Virus genome (UHGV): UHGV-0050054
Source: a virus
DNA length: 14,933 nucleotides
Reading direction: 5' to 3' (one strand)
Shown here: in pieces, positions 1-7,804 of the stretch
How the letters are laid out: each line of letters opens with the position of its first letter
Position numbering within the stretch: position 1 is the stretch's first letter
The notes under the pieces: model-generated
Seen by the model: the letters and a program-made list of their open reading frames with translations, nothing else
What the model was told of the DNA's origin: nothing
Databases searched by the model: none
Made by a program: the position numbers and the translations under genes

Positions 1-268
1 GCACAGATGCCGGCGCTGGCGGGTAGGCGTAAAGCGGCGTTACTTCTCGCAGCGGGTCGGCATAAGCATTGCCACTATCGAAGCTGACGTTGTTTTTTGC
101 CCCGCCTCCTGACAGCAACCACGCCACCGGCTCCGCTTCGAGCGATGCCAGAGCGATACGCGCCAGTTCAAGATCCATTTGCGCTTTTTCTGACTCCGGA
201 AATCTTGATGCGACAGAAATTCTGTGCTGAAGCTTTTCGATTAACTGCTCTTTGGTGAAGGTGCTCAT
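1..268 (-). CDS. Hypothetical protein, N-terminal 89 codons only; gene runs off the window start
   Basis: ATG at 268 (minus) preceded by GAGGA about 6 nt upstream; manual translation MSTFTKEQLIEKLQHRISVASRF... stays open to position 1. Not in the ORF track because no stop lies inside the window. Confidence 0.4.
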   Translation of the reverse strand, partial: MSTFTKEQLIEKLQHRISVASRFPESEKAQMDLELARIALASLEAEPVAWLLSGGGAKNNVSFDSGNAYADPLREVTPLYAYPPAPASV

Positions 269-278
269 GGGTTAGTCC

Positions 279-455
279 TCAGTATCCAGAGTACGCGCGG
301 AGTGATGCTATTCTCGCGGTGATATCATTGATGATTTCTTCTACCACCACTGCGTGCTCATGCTCATCACGCAAGACGTCAAGGGCGCTGTCTATTTCAC
401 GGAGCATAGCCTGCTGCCATTCAATATCTTCTGATTCCGGGATTTCGTATTTCAT
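279..455 (-). CDS. Small hypothetical phage early protein (58 aa from ATG 455; track ORF starts at 473)
   Basis: Track ORF 279..473; the internal ATG at 455 (MKYEIPESEDIEWQQ...) has an AGGAG-type RBS about 8 nt upstream. Last gene of a tightly packed minus-strand operon. Confidence 0.5.
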   Translation of the reverse strand: MKYEIPESEDIEWQQAMLREIDSALDVLRDEHEHAVVVEEIINDITARIASLRAYSGY

Positions 456-469
456 ACTCACTCTCCTTT

Positions 470-1093
470 TCACTGCTGCCCATACGCTTGGATGGCTTTC
501 TCAAATCCTGCTTGATCATCTGTCTGACCGTAACTAAAGCCATGCTGGAGACCATGACGAAACGCGCTATCCTGCAATTTGTCTGCGGCTTCTAGTTTCA
601 ACTCCAGCTCAGCAATCCGCTGTCTGGCCTCCTGTAACTCTTCAAACCATTGTTCTGAGTTGTCACGCATCTCGATAGCTTGCTCTTTCCAAGTGACGGG
701 CCAGAGTGGTCCGCAGCCATTCGGGCAAGGCTCTGTTTTACTGTCGCCTGCCGTAATAGTGCCAGCTACCATATTTATGCTGTTTTTCGTCAGGACGAAT
801 CCACATCCGGCGCAGCGCATGATCCCCGGAGCGATAACAGCCGATGACAGCTCAGCGATCCGCTTCTCTGCGGCTTCCAGCGCATTTACCAGATCATCAA
901 CGATTCCAGCAGATTGGCGTGCGTAATCTGTAATTGCCAGCTCGCATTCAATTTCAGTTCCGTTTTCGTTTGTGTGGCAAATAGCAAAGTAATCGGAGTC
1001 GATTTCGTTATCAGCCAAACGCCTCAGCGTGTCGGCAACCAGCACTCCGTTTTCAATCAGCATCTCTGTTGCGCGTTTGTTGATGTTGCTCAT
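470..1093 (-). CDS. Hypothetical early protein with coiled-coil segments and a Cys cluster (ead/Ea22-like, tentative)
   Basis: 207-aa ORF; GGAGG RBS 7 nt before ATG 1093; ATGA overlap with the upstream gene stop. Motif EAAEKRIAEL is shared with the adjacent 226-aa protein. Family assignment is from memory only. Confidence 0.6.
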   Translation of the reverse strand: MSNINKRATEMLIENGVLVADTLRRLADNEIDSDYFAICHTNENGTEIECELAITDYARQSAGIVDDLVNALEAAEKRIAELSSAVIAPGIMRCAGCGFVLTKNSINMVAGTITAGDSKTEPCPNGCGPLWPVTWKEQAIEMRDNSEQWFEELQEARQRIAELELKLEAADKLQDSAFRHGLQHGFSYGQTDDQAGFEKAIQAYGQQ

Positions 1094-1770
1094 TGGGCGG
1101 CCTCCTGGCGGTCTATGCGTTCAATTTCAGCCAGAATTAAAGCCCCTGCTTTTACCAGGTTGCGACGGCGGGCATTTGGCTTCCACCATGAAGCATCCCA
1201 AGGCCACCCCCACGGCTTGCCACCATTGCGGTTAACAGTTCCTGTTTCGTTTATGTAACAAACCGCCGCCATTGCCAGTTCCCCGTTGCAGTGTTCGTCA
1301 TCATGCTCTGGCATCCACCCCTCAACCGATTGTTGCCGCTGGCGCTCTGCTATCACATCCAGAATTGCAGGATTGAATGCACGCGCTTCCAGTTCTGCAA
1401 TGCGCTTCTCTGCTGCTTCACGCGCAACGCGCAGCTTCCCAACCGTAAGCGCAATATCCTCGTTCTCCTGGTCGCGGCGTTTGATGTATTGCTGGTTTCT
1501 TTCCCGTTCATCCAGCAGTGCCAAGACGGTAGCCGGATTGGCTGCGGCGATGAATTCAGCATTGGCCTGCTGTTCAGTTTGGAAATCTTCATCGAAACCG
1601 CTTTCAGGATGCGCTCCTTCAATTCTGCAAATGGGAATATATCCAGCAGCCTCGCGATGAATTAGCGCATCATCACCATCAAATCGGCCCTCTCCATATT
1701 CGAGCGACCATACACCACACGTTGCTTTTTCTGCCTTGGCACGCAGTGCCTGATAGTCAATCTTGTTCAT
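1090..1770 (-). CDS. Hypothetical early protein (226 aa), apparent paralog of 470..1093 (ead/Ea22-like, tentative)
   Basis: Complete ORF packed against neighbours; contains AAEKRIAELEARA and a Trp-rich C-terminus (KPWGWPWDASWWKP). Confidence 0.6.
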   Translation of the reverse strand: MNKIDYQALRAKAEKATCGVWSLEYGEGRFDGDDALIHREAAGYIPICRIEGAHPESGFDEDFQTEQQANAEFIAAANPATVLALLDERERNQQYIKRRDQENEDIALTVGKLRVAREAAEKRIAELEARAFNPAILDVIAERQRQQSVEGWMPEHDDEHCNGELAMAAVCYINETGTVNRNGGKPWGWPWDASWWKPNARRRNLVKAGALILAEIERIDRQEAAQ

Positions 1771-1771
1771 G

Positions 1772-2071
1772 TCACATCACCCTGAATCCGTTGCATTTAC
1801 GTAAGAAATCGCAGATATAGCCCTTCATTTTTTCATGCCAATCTCGATCATTCCCATTGCACCAACCATCAGGTGGAGTCCAGTTTTCTATCAGAGCAGC
1901 CATTTTCTTTGCTTTCGCCGGAGTAGCTGTTGCGGTATCGCAGTAATGACGAGTGTCAACCAACGCATCCATACCATCGATATCAAGTACGCAAAACCAT
2001 GTGTGATTCGGAATTCCTACAGGTGGTATTTGTTGCCCACGTCGACGTTTATCAATAAGATATACACTCAC
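1772..2071 (-). CDS. Hypothetical protein (99 aa), GTG start
   Basis: GTG at 2071 overlaps the upstream stop (GTGA) and is preceded by AAGGAGG 6 nt upstream. Confidence 0.55.
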   Translation of the reverse strand: MSVYLIDKRRRGQQIPPVGIPNHTWFCVLDIDGMDALVDTRHYCDTATATPAKAKKMAALIENWTPPDGWCNGNDRDWHEKMKGYICDFLRKCNGFRVM

Positions 2072-2865
2072 TGGTTGCCTCCTTTGCGAAGCTGGGCGGC
2101 GATGTCTTCGAGTACACCATCAGCGAACGAGCGATCGAAATCGCCTTCCGGCGCATTAGCCATAAACTCAGTAGAGGTAAGAATCATCCTGGCAATATCC
2201 GCTGCGTTCTTCGCAGTATCATCAATAAAACCAGCATCCCAGGCAGCCAGCATTCTGTTCGCCACAAAGTAAGCTCCCTCCTTGCGTGCTTCAGTCTTCA
2301 CTTCAGCCAGGAAAGCGTCGGTGGCCGGGGTTTTGTTATCTGACTCCAGCCACTGGTTGTAGTAATAATCGAACATGCCAGTAGGATAACCACATCCGCT
2401 GTGCACGTGGTCTTTCATAGCAGAACCACACATGCAGTAGTCATTGTCAGTATTACTAATGATGTCGATAAGTTGCTGTGTCCGTTGCTTCAACATCGCA
2501 TTCTCCGCCGCCAGCGCAGAAAACTTCTCGTGCGCCAACTTAACGGCTGCATCTGCCTGCCTCATTGCCTCCATTGCTTTCTCGTTATCAGTTGCTAGCG
2601 CCGCGCACTTGGCTTCAAGTTCGGCAAACTTATCAGCCACTGATTTCGGCCCGTCTTCGCCGCAAGCCTGCATCATTGATGACTCCCATGCTCTTTCTGC
2701 TGCTTCCGATAGCTTTAATTGCACTTCAAGTAATGCAATCTTTGATTCAAGCTCACCAAATTTACGCACCAGATATTCAGCGTTTGTTTCGTTAACCTTT
2801 AAGTCTCGCGGGATGCATTTTCCTTTCAGAAATCCATCCATCTCAATTAGTGACATTTGTTTCAT
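2068..2865 (-). CDS. Hypothetical protein (265 aa from ATG 2865; track gives a GTG start at 2883)
   Basis: Track ORF 2068..2883. ATG at 2865 overlaps the stop of the small ORF 2862..3026 (ATGA), suggesting coupling. No family recognised. Confidence 0.6.
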   Translation of the reverse strand: MKQMSLIEMDGFLKGKCIPRDLKVNETNAEYLVRKFGELESKIALLEVQLKLSEAAERAWESSMMQACGEDGPKSVADKFAELEAKCAALATDNEKAMEAMRQADAAVKLAHEKFSALAAENAMLKQRTQQLIDIISNTDNDYCMCGSAMKDHVHSGCGYPTGMFDYYYNQWLESDNKTPATDAFLAEVKTEARKEGAYFVANRMLAAWDAGFIDDTAKNAADIARMILTSTEFMANAPEGDFDRSFADGVLEDIAAQLRKGGNQ

Positions 2866-3026
2866 TTCTTCCCACTCCGCCACATCGCATTCAGATATTT
2901 GTTTTGATTCACTGATGGAAAATAATTTCTCTTAAGCAATTCCTCTCTTGATGGCATTGGCTTTACGCGTTGGCGAATAATCATTTCTGCCGGAAGAATG
3001 CCGGGATTGTATGCAAGTCCTCTCAT
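2862..3026 (-). CDS. Small ORF (54 aa) not present in the supplied track
   Basis: ATG at 3026 with AGAGGA RBS 7 nt upstream; manual translation [26 protein letters not shown]...; stop overlaps the next start. Fills an otherwise empty gap in the operon. Confidence 0.35.
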   Translation of the reverse strand: MRGLAYNPGILPAEMIIRQRVKPMPSREELLKRNYFPSVNQNKYLNAMWRSGKK

Positions 3027-3042
3027 GGTAAATTCCTCTTTG

Positions 3043-3357
3043 TTAATTTATTCGTATGCCTGCTCTTTCTTCATCGAGTTTTTTTAGCTTGTATCGCATA
3101 GCTCTTACTGAATAAATTGAGCGGCAGGTTGCAATTGCTATTTCTTCTGCGGAGAACTTACCGAAAAGTGATACTTCGGCTCTTGTCCATCGTCTTCCAC
3201 GAAGTCGGCTAACAATGTCAGCTCCAATCCTTGTTGCTTTCGCCATTACTGCTTTTTCAGTCCTTTCCAGTTTTTCAGCGATAACTTCAACTGGCATTGT
3301 CGCCGCTACTTCGCGCAAGAAATCGACTTCCCATTTCTCCCATGGAGTCTTTTTCAT
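3043..3357 (-). CDS. Hypothetical protein (104 aa), possibly DNA-binding
   Basis: Complete ORF; two segments look HTH-like ([22 protein letters not shown] and [22 protein letters not shown]). Weak RBS. Confidence 0.5.
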   Translation of the reverse strand: MKKTPWEKWEVDFLREVAATMPVEVIAEKLERTEKAVMAKATRIGADIVSRLRGRRWTRAEVSLFGKFSAEEIAIATCRSIYSVRAMRYKLKKLDEERAGIRIN

Positions 3358-3368
3358 AGGCGATACCG

Positions 3369-3851
3369 TTATTTGATAAGAAGTGAAGGTTTCCCAACTT
3401 TGAGTTGAGCGCCGGGGATATTTATTCCTGCTTTTAGTTGGTGTTTGATTGCCAGTTTGTCGGCTTTAATTGTCGTTTCAAACTCAACGTATTCAGGAGG
3501 AAGGGCGCTTGAGTCGATTATTTCTACAATTTCTGACGGTTTGCGGATTGTTACCTGGTGAATACCTGCTCTAATCTTTTTCTTGCCTACCATTTCAAGC
3601 GATGACGCTATATACGCCATAATGCTGTCAATCTTATTTTGAATTACTGCGGCTCGCTCATTTAGTGACTTTGCCTCTTCCTTGAGGCGTTCAGCATAAC
3701 CAGTTTCATTTTTAATGACGGAAAGAAGTTGCTCTATTTTATCGGTAAATTCTCCTTCCATGCCTTCTATTGTGTCAGCAATCATCTCTGGTTCTAAATC
3801 TGAATCCATCAATTTTGCGTATTCATTGGCAATTTCATATAGTTTGCTCAC
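3369..3851 (-). CDS. Phage protein, siphovirus Gp157-like (tentative); GTG start at 3851
   Basis: Track ORF 3369..3857; GTG at 3851 has GGAGG 6 nt upstream. Size and position directly downstream of recT fit the Gp157 family that often accompanies RecT/Erf; family call from memory. Confidence 0.6.
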   Translation of the reverse strand: MSKLYEIANEYAKLMDSDLEPEMIADTIEGMEGEFTDKIEQLLSVIKNETGYAERLKEEAKSLNERAAVIQNKIDSIMAYIASSLEMVGKKKIRAGIHQVTIRKPSEIVEIIDSSALPPEYVEFETTIKADKLAIKHQLKAGINIPGAQLKVGKPSLLIK

Positions 3852-4746
3852 TGGCAACCTCCAGTTTCGCTTTGCATTCTGCGTAAATGGCTTGTACGTT
3901 CTGCTGCAATTTCATTCCAGATGTCAGGCGATATGCTTCTGCAAAATATCGCTTCAAATCATCCATGTTTTCAGCCTGAGCCATTTCATCACAAAGAAGT
4001 TGTGCTTTATCCGTTATTTCCTGCTGGCGTTTCCGTTCATCTTCGCGGATATCTTCCTCTGATTTGTGCGGCATAACTGGTTCAGTCCACACACCTTCTT
4101 CTTCGTTTAGTACGTGAATAGCACTATCAAGACGTGATGCCTTAGGCCAATACTTGCTTGCACGCTTTACGACCGTCTTTCGCGCCATCTCATTCCAGTG
4201 ATTTACCCATGGTCCTTTATCGCTGAATGCCGCCTTGCTTGTTTTCCTTACAGCCTCAATTTCAGCCAGACTCATCTCTTCCGTTAGATAATCACCTGCT
4301 GGCGTCTTAACTGTGCAGTAAACGCCAACGATATCACCACGATCACCGAAGGCGTTGTATTTATGGGTTGGTGCTTTATCAAGCCCGTTTGACTCATAGG
4401 TATCGTTAGCATGAACAAGTTTTGCCTGACCCCATGAGATAACACCAGACTCCATTGCAATATGGAGCAATCCCATATAACTGATATCAAGGCACACCAT
4501 GCCGTCGCGCGGAACCAGATAAGCCAGTTTGCTAGCCGGGTTTAAGGTGATGCCGATCGCCGCTACATTGATGATGGCGTTCTGTGCGCTGGTTGGATTT
4601 GCCAGTGCTGTTTTAGCCAGGTAATCGTTTTTCTGGAAATACTGAATTGCAAACTGGCTTTCCTTAGCCCATGTCACCGTCTGTTCAGTCAATGCTCCGC
4701 AGAATAACTGCTCTTGCTGTTTAACGAATTCAACGATATTGCTCAT
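3835..4746 (-). CDS. recT: RecT-family single-strand annealing recombinase
   Basis: 303-aa ORF with GPWVNHWNEMARKTVVKRASKYWP, matching the conserved RecT core as I recall it from Rac RecT (GPWVTHWEEMAKKTAIRR...). GGAG RBS; ATGA overlap with the upstream gene. Confidence 0.85.
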   Translation of the reverse strand: MSNIVEFVKQQEQLFCGALTEQTVTWAKESQFAIQYFQKNDYLAKTALANPTSAQNAIINVAAIGITLNPASKLAYLVPRDGMVCLDISYMGLLHIAMESGVISWGQAKLVHANDTYESNGLDKAPTHKYNAFGDRGDIVGVYCTVKTPAGDYLTEEMSLAEIEAVRKTSKAAFSDKGPWVNHWNEMARKTVVKRASKYWPKASRLDSAIHVLNEEEGVWTEPVMPHKSEEDIREDERKRQQEITDKAQLLCDEMAQAENMDDLKRYFAEAYRLTSGMKLQQNVQAIYAECKAKLEVASEQTI

Positions 4747-5054
4747 GCAGCTTCTCCATAAATATGTCTGCGTTTGAATATTGCGAAGGCATATTCAGCC
4801 TTAACTCTTTCGGTTATTGCATCCCAGAACCATTCAGCGGCTTTTTCCTGATAGTTACAGTCATCATCTTCCAGCCAGTCGATAGCGTCCTTAGTGTGTT
4901 CATCTGGTTTATATGAGCGAAGCATTTCGCTTATTGGGTCGCAACGTTTGCAGAGACGATCAACTTCACTGTTGATTCGTTCGTAATCTTCATCGGTAAA
5001 ACTTGCGATGATTTGCGATATTTCACGCTTATCATTCAGAGTCAGAATCATCAT
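4743..5054 (-). CDS. Hypothetical protein (103 aa) in the position lambda gives to gam; no Gam similarity seen
   Basis: Complete ORF with AGGAG RBS, between kil-like and recT. Acidic, Cys-containing (CKRCD...DDDCNY). Confidence 0.6.
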   Translation of the reverse strand: MMILTLNDKREISQIIASFTDEDYERINSEVDRLCKRCDPISEMLRSYKPDEHTKDAIDWLEDDDCNYQEKAAEWFWDAITERVKAEYAFAIFKRRHIYGEAA

Positions 5055-5135
5055 CTTTCTCCTGTTCTTTGTGCTGATTGAGCATTTCTTTCATCTGACG
5101 AATGAATTCTTCGTCTTACCAGTTATCTGTAAAAC

Positions 5136-5288
5136 TCATTTCCTGCGATACCACGGAAGGTTGATAGCTGATTTCATCGCTTTATTTGCTTCAAGCCACA
5201 TTTTGGAATCACCAATAAATCTGGCTATTACTGCTTTGTTCTGTGCAGCACGAAGCATCTGGTGATTGATGGCTATTTCATTGCGCAT
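5136..5288 (-). CDS. kil: Kil-like host cell-division inhibitor peptide (50 aa)
   Basis: Not in track (under 60 aa). Manual translation MRNEIAINHQMLRAAQNKAVIARFIGDSKMWLEANKAMKSAINLPWYRRK; the IARFIGDSKMWLEA core resembles lambda Kil as I remember it. GAGG RBS 8 nt upstream; overlaps the cIII-like ORF as kil and cIII overlap in lambda. Confidence 0.55.
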   Translation of the reverse strand: MRNEIAINHQMLRAAQNKAVIARFIGDSKMWLEANKAMKSAINLPWYRRK

Positions 5289-5404
5289 AATAAGACCTCA
5301 ACTCTTTTCCATCCGTCACGTAATTTACGGGTGATTCGTTCAAGTAAAGATTCATTTAGTTGGAAGGCACCCATGCGAGCGCCTCCCGCGATTGCGTAAA
5401 TCAT
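5273..5404 (-). CDS. cIII: cIII-like regulator peptide (43 aa)
   Basis: Not in track. Manual translation MIYAIAGGARMGAFQLNESLLERITRKLRDGWKRVEVLLCAMK; the ESLLERITRKLRDGWKR core matches the lambda CIII central helix as recalled. AAGGA RBS. Confidence 0.6.
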   Translation of the reverse strand: MIYAIAGGARMGAFQLNESLLERITRKLRDGWKRVEVLLCAMK

Positions 5405-5427
5405 GGGTGGTTCCTTATGTTGGTTTA

Positions 5428-6396
5428 TTAGTAGGTTATTTTTGTTGCGAATACTTCGCCTTTTACGATGGCTGTTATGATATTTTTAGCAACATCTTCT
5501 GATGCACCAACCTTGATAAGGTCAGCAAGTATTTTGTTATTTACTTCTTTCCGGTGAGCTTTATCCTTTGCTCTACGCTCTTCTTCTTCCTTGATTCTTT
5601 TTTCTTCTGCTATTCTGGCTTGCTCTTTTGCTTCAGCCTCGCGACGGATTCGTTCAGCCTCCTCCTGTGCTTTTCTGCGTTCTGCTTCAATTGCTGCCTG
5701 CTTTTCTCTTTCAGCTCGTTCTGCTGCCTCTTTTGCTTCGCGCTGTGCTCGCTGCTCGGCTTCAATGCGTTCACGCTCTGCACGTTCCGCTGCGGCCTTA
5801 GCTTCTGCTTCTCGCCTTGCTGCTGCTTCAATTTCGGCTTTTGCCTTTGCTTCGGCTTCTGCTCTGGCTTTCTCTTCAGCTTCTCTTTTTAAGCGTTCTT
5901 CATGCTCTCGCTTTTCCTGCTCCGCTTTGAGTCTTGCCTCTTCTCTTTGGCGGTCAAATTCGCGATCCATCAAAATAGCTATTTCATGGTCAGACTCAAT
6001 TTGCTTTGCGAGAGCTTCAGCTGCTGCCTTAGCTTCTTCTTCGGCTTTAATCCGCGCCTGTTCTTCCTCATAATCAGTAAGAGGCTGGCGTGCCTTGGCT
6101 TTCAGCTCATCAAGGCGATAACGCACTGTCTTGCGGTTGGCATCAATTAGCTTTGGAATTTCCTTCAGTTCAGCAACAAGGTCTTTGCCAAGACCATCGA
6201 GATATGTTTTCGTCTGCGCAACTTTATACGCCAGAGAAGCGATCTCTTTTCTGCCCTTTGCCGTTGTGATATCAGGCACAAAGGACATAACTTCACGTTC
6301 AACCTTTTGGAGAATTTCTTCAATCTGGTCAGCAGACTGAAATACAATCATTGCATTTGCTTTTTCAATAACAACTAAATCTGTTACTTCACTCAT
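5428..6396 (-). CDS. Hypothetical protein (322 aa) with a long E/R/K/A-rich predicted single alpha-helix
   Basis: Track ORF 5428..6450; preferred start ATG 6396 with GGAGG 4 nt upstream. About 150 residues are runs such as EAEAKAKAEIEAAARREAEAKAAAERAERE; globular-looking N- and C-terminal parts. Confidence 0.65.
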   Translation of the reverse strand: MSEVTDLVVIEKANAMIVFQSADQIEEILQKVEREVMSFVPDITTAKGRKEIASLAYKVAQTKTYLDGLGKDLVAELKEIPKLIDANRKTVRYRLDELKAKARQPLTDYEEEQARIKAEEEAKAAAEALAKQIESDHEIAILMDREFDRQREEARLKAEQEKREHEERLKREAEEKARAEAEAKAKAEIEAAARREAEAKAAAERAERERIEAEQRAQREAKEAAERAEREKQAAIEAERRKAQEEAERIRREAEAKEQARIAEEKRIKEEEERRAKDKAHRKEVNNKILADLIKVGASEDVAKNIITAIVKGEVFATKITY

Positions 6397-6408
6397 ATAT
6401 CCTCCGTC

Positions 6409-6435
6409 AAAAAAATCGCCCTCACATTGGAGGGC
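6409..6435 (-). terminator. Intrinsic terminator-like hairpin just upstream of the 322-aa gene RBS
   Basis: Minus strand reads GCCCTC-caatgt-GAGGGC followed by GATTTTTTTGA (6-bp GC stem, 7-nt T run). Confidence 0.55.
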
Positions 6436-6530
6436 AAAGAAGATTTCCAATAATCAGAACAAGTCGGCTCCTGTTTAGTTATGAGCGACATTGCTCCGTG
6501 TATTCACTCGTTGGAATGAATACACAGTGC

Positions 6531-6743
6531 TTATTCGCGAGCTTTGAGCATGGCATCAGCAATAAAGTAGGCATCATCTGCTAATTCTTTGTACTGTGGT
6601 GAATTCTGTCCACCGCCAAAGGAATGTCCGTCCCATCTGCGCACTATTGCTGCCATAGCCTTAGCAGCGAAGTAATCACGTAATGTCGCATCACTTGCCA
6701 TTTCTGGGCGTTTGATATCTGCTTCATAAAACTCGCACATCAT
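6531..6743 (-). CDS. Hypothetical protein (70 aa)
   Basis: Complete ORF; ATGA overlap with the upstream gene; GGGAGGTGA upstream. Confidence 0.5.
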   Translation of the reverse strand: MMCEFYEADIKRPEMASDATLRDYFAAKAMAAIVRRWDGHSFGGGQNSPQYKELADDAYFIADAMLKARE

Positions 6744-7018
6744 TCACCTCCCAGAGCCTTGCTGATTGCTGCCTTGGCTCGTTTGTATTCGGTTAACTCT
6801 CTGCACCCTTCGTCATGCTCGTAAAGGAAGACAAGCTCTTGCAGTGCTTCAAGCAAATCAGGAGCTGCTGCTATCAGTAGCGCATCCTCCCTTTCATTTC
6901 TTGTTGCTGCTTCAATGTATGTGTCACCAATCGTCACACCATGGAACGTAGTCATCATCTCGTTGACGTTTCTAACCGTGTACTTCCATTTACCAGGCGT
7001 ACCCTTAAACTCTTTCAT
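6740..7018 (-). CDS. Hypothetical protein (92 aa from ATG 7018; track gives GTG 7024)
   Basis: AGAGGTGG RBS about 6 nt before ATG 7018. Contains IAAAPDLLEALQELV. Lies just downstream of hairpin-box copy 1. Confidence 0.55.
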   Translation of the reverse strand: MKEFKGTPGKWKYTVRNVNEMMTTFHGVTIGDTYIEAATRNEREDALLIAAAPDLLEALQELVFLYEHDEGCRELTEYKRAKAAISKALGGE

Positions 7019-7026
7019 ATCCACCT

Positions 7027-7065
7027 CTGTTGTTTATGCCAAAAATAAAGGCCGACTATGCGGCC
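7027..7065 (-). terminator. Hairpin box copy 1, terminator-like on the minus strand
   Basis: Minus strand: GGCCG-catagt-CGGCC then TTTATTTTTGGCATAAACAACAG. Overlaps the stop of the 156-aa gene. Near-identical copy at 7570..7605. Confidence 0.5.
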
Positions 7066-7535
7066 TAGTAGAATACCCAATTTTCTGTTTCTTGGTTGTG
7101 TCCAAAGTTATATTCAATATCTGGTGTTGATGTATCAATATTCTTCATCCCATCAACAAGAGTTGATACAACAGCAAAATCTTGTTTGATTCTCATTAAA
7201 TGGTATTTCTTCCGGCGCAATAAACTCTCAATGGCAAGTTTCTTCGTTGGGAATGCAAAAGATCTTTCTGCATTTTTTGCTACTTTCTTAATTGCATATC
7301 TATTTCTCCTTTGTTTCCATTCCTGTAACCACTGATTTGGTGCTGGTTTAAAATCAACAATCCAATGCGCAGGAACCAACCATGCATAATGCTCTGTCTG
7401 ATGAAAAGCTATATATTGAAGTGCGAATATTTTGATTCCATCTTCTTCAACTGTCGCCTGGAATCTCCAGAAAACAGGCATTCCATCATGTTCAGTTTCT
7501 GATTCAGGAAAAGGTACGCTCCATGATTTTGTCAT
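7065..7535 (-). CDS. Hypothetical protein (156 aa) encoded in a low-GC cassette
   Basis: Complete ORF with GAGGTGAGAT RBS; visibly AT-richer than neighbours; basic central region (KQRRNRYAIKKVAKNAERSF...LLRRKKYHLMRIKQ). No family recognised. Confidence 0.6.
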   Translation of the reverse strand: MTKSWSVPFPESETEHDGMPVFWRFQATVEEDGIKIFALQYIAFHQTEHYAWLVPAHWIVDFKPAPNQWLQEWKQRRNRYAIKKVAKNAERSFAFPTKKLAIESLLRRKKYHLMRIKQDFAVVSTLVDGMKNIDTSTPDIEYNFGHNQETENWVFY

Positions 7536-7569
7536 ATCTCACCTCAAATAATTCAGTGCAGTGTTTATT

Positions 7570-7605
7570 CTGTTGTTTATGCCAAAAGAAGGCCGACTAT
7601 GCGGC
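7570..7605 (-). repeat. Hairpin box copy 2 (slightly degraded copy of 7027..7065)
   Basis: CTGTTGTTTATGCCAAAAGAAGGCCGACTATGCGGC differs from copy 1 at 2-3 positions; 4-bp stem and a weaker T run. Lies between the Cys-rich ORF and the 156-aa ORF. Confidence 0.45.
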
Positions 7606-7615
7606 ATAATTATTT

Positions 7616-7804
7616 TTAACTATCATCAATACATGGCACTTTATTCCAGTCGATATCGTTTTTATTGTCGTCCCACATGTCTTTGTTTTTGTATTTCTCG
7701 CTACATCCTAGGCAAATGTTGTATGGCCTACCGATAAGGTTTAACGAAATACGTTGCATTTCATTTGATTCAAACATGTATCCACAGAACTGACATTTAT
7801 GCAT
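7616..7804 (-). CDS. Small Cys-rich protein (62 aa), putative zinc ribbon
   Basis: CxxC at residues 4-7 and 31-34; starts 4 nt after the N stop with GAGGGGTGAG upstream; low-GC like the adjacent 156-aa gene. Confidence 0.55.
   Translation of the reverse strand: MHKCQFCGYMFESNEMQRISLNLIGRPYNICLGCSEKYKNKDMWDDNKNDIDWNKVPCIDDS

Noticed and set aside
319-1258. Several plus-strand ORFs (72-115 aa) across the left early genes
   Set aside because: Antisense to tightly packed minus-strand genes with RBSs and start/stop overlaps; no start signals of their own.
5554-6073. Plus-strand ORFs (112 and 160 aa, Ser/Ala/Phe/Cys/Leu-rich) opposite the 322-aa gene
   Set aside because: Mirror-frame artefacts of the low-complexity repeat DNA; no RBS; the minus-strand gene has a proper start and context.
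7096-7335. Hydrophobic 79-aa plus-strand ORF that looks like a membrane peptide
   Set aside because: Antisense to the 156-aa gene in AT-rich DNA, where Phe/Leu/Ile-rich frames arise by chance; opposes operon direction and has no start signal.
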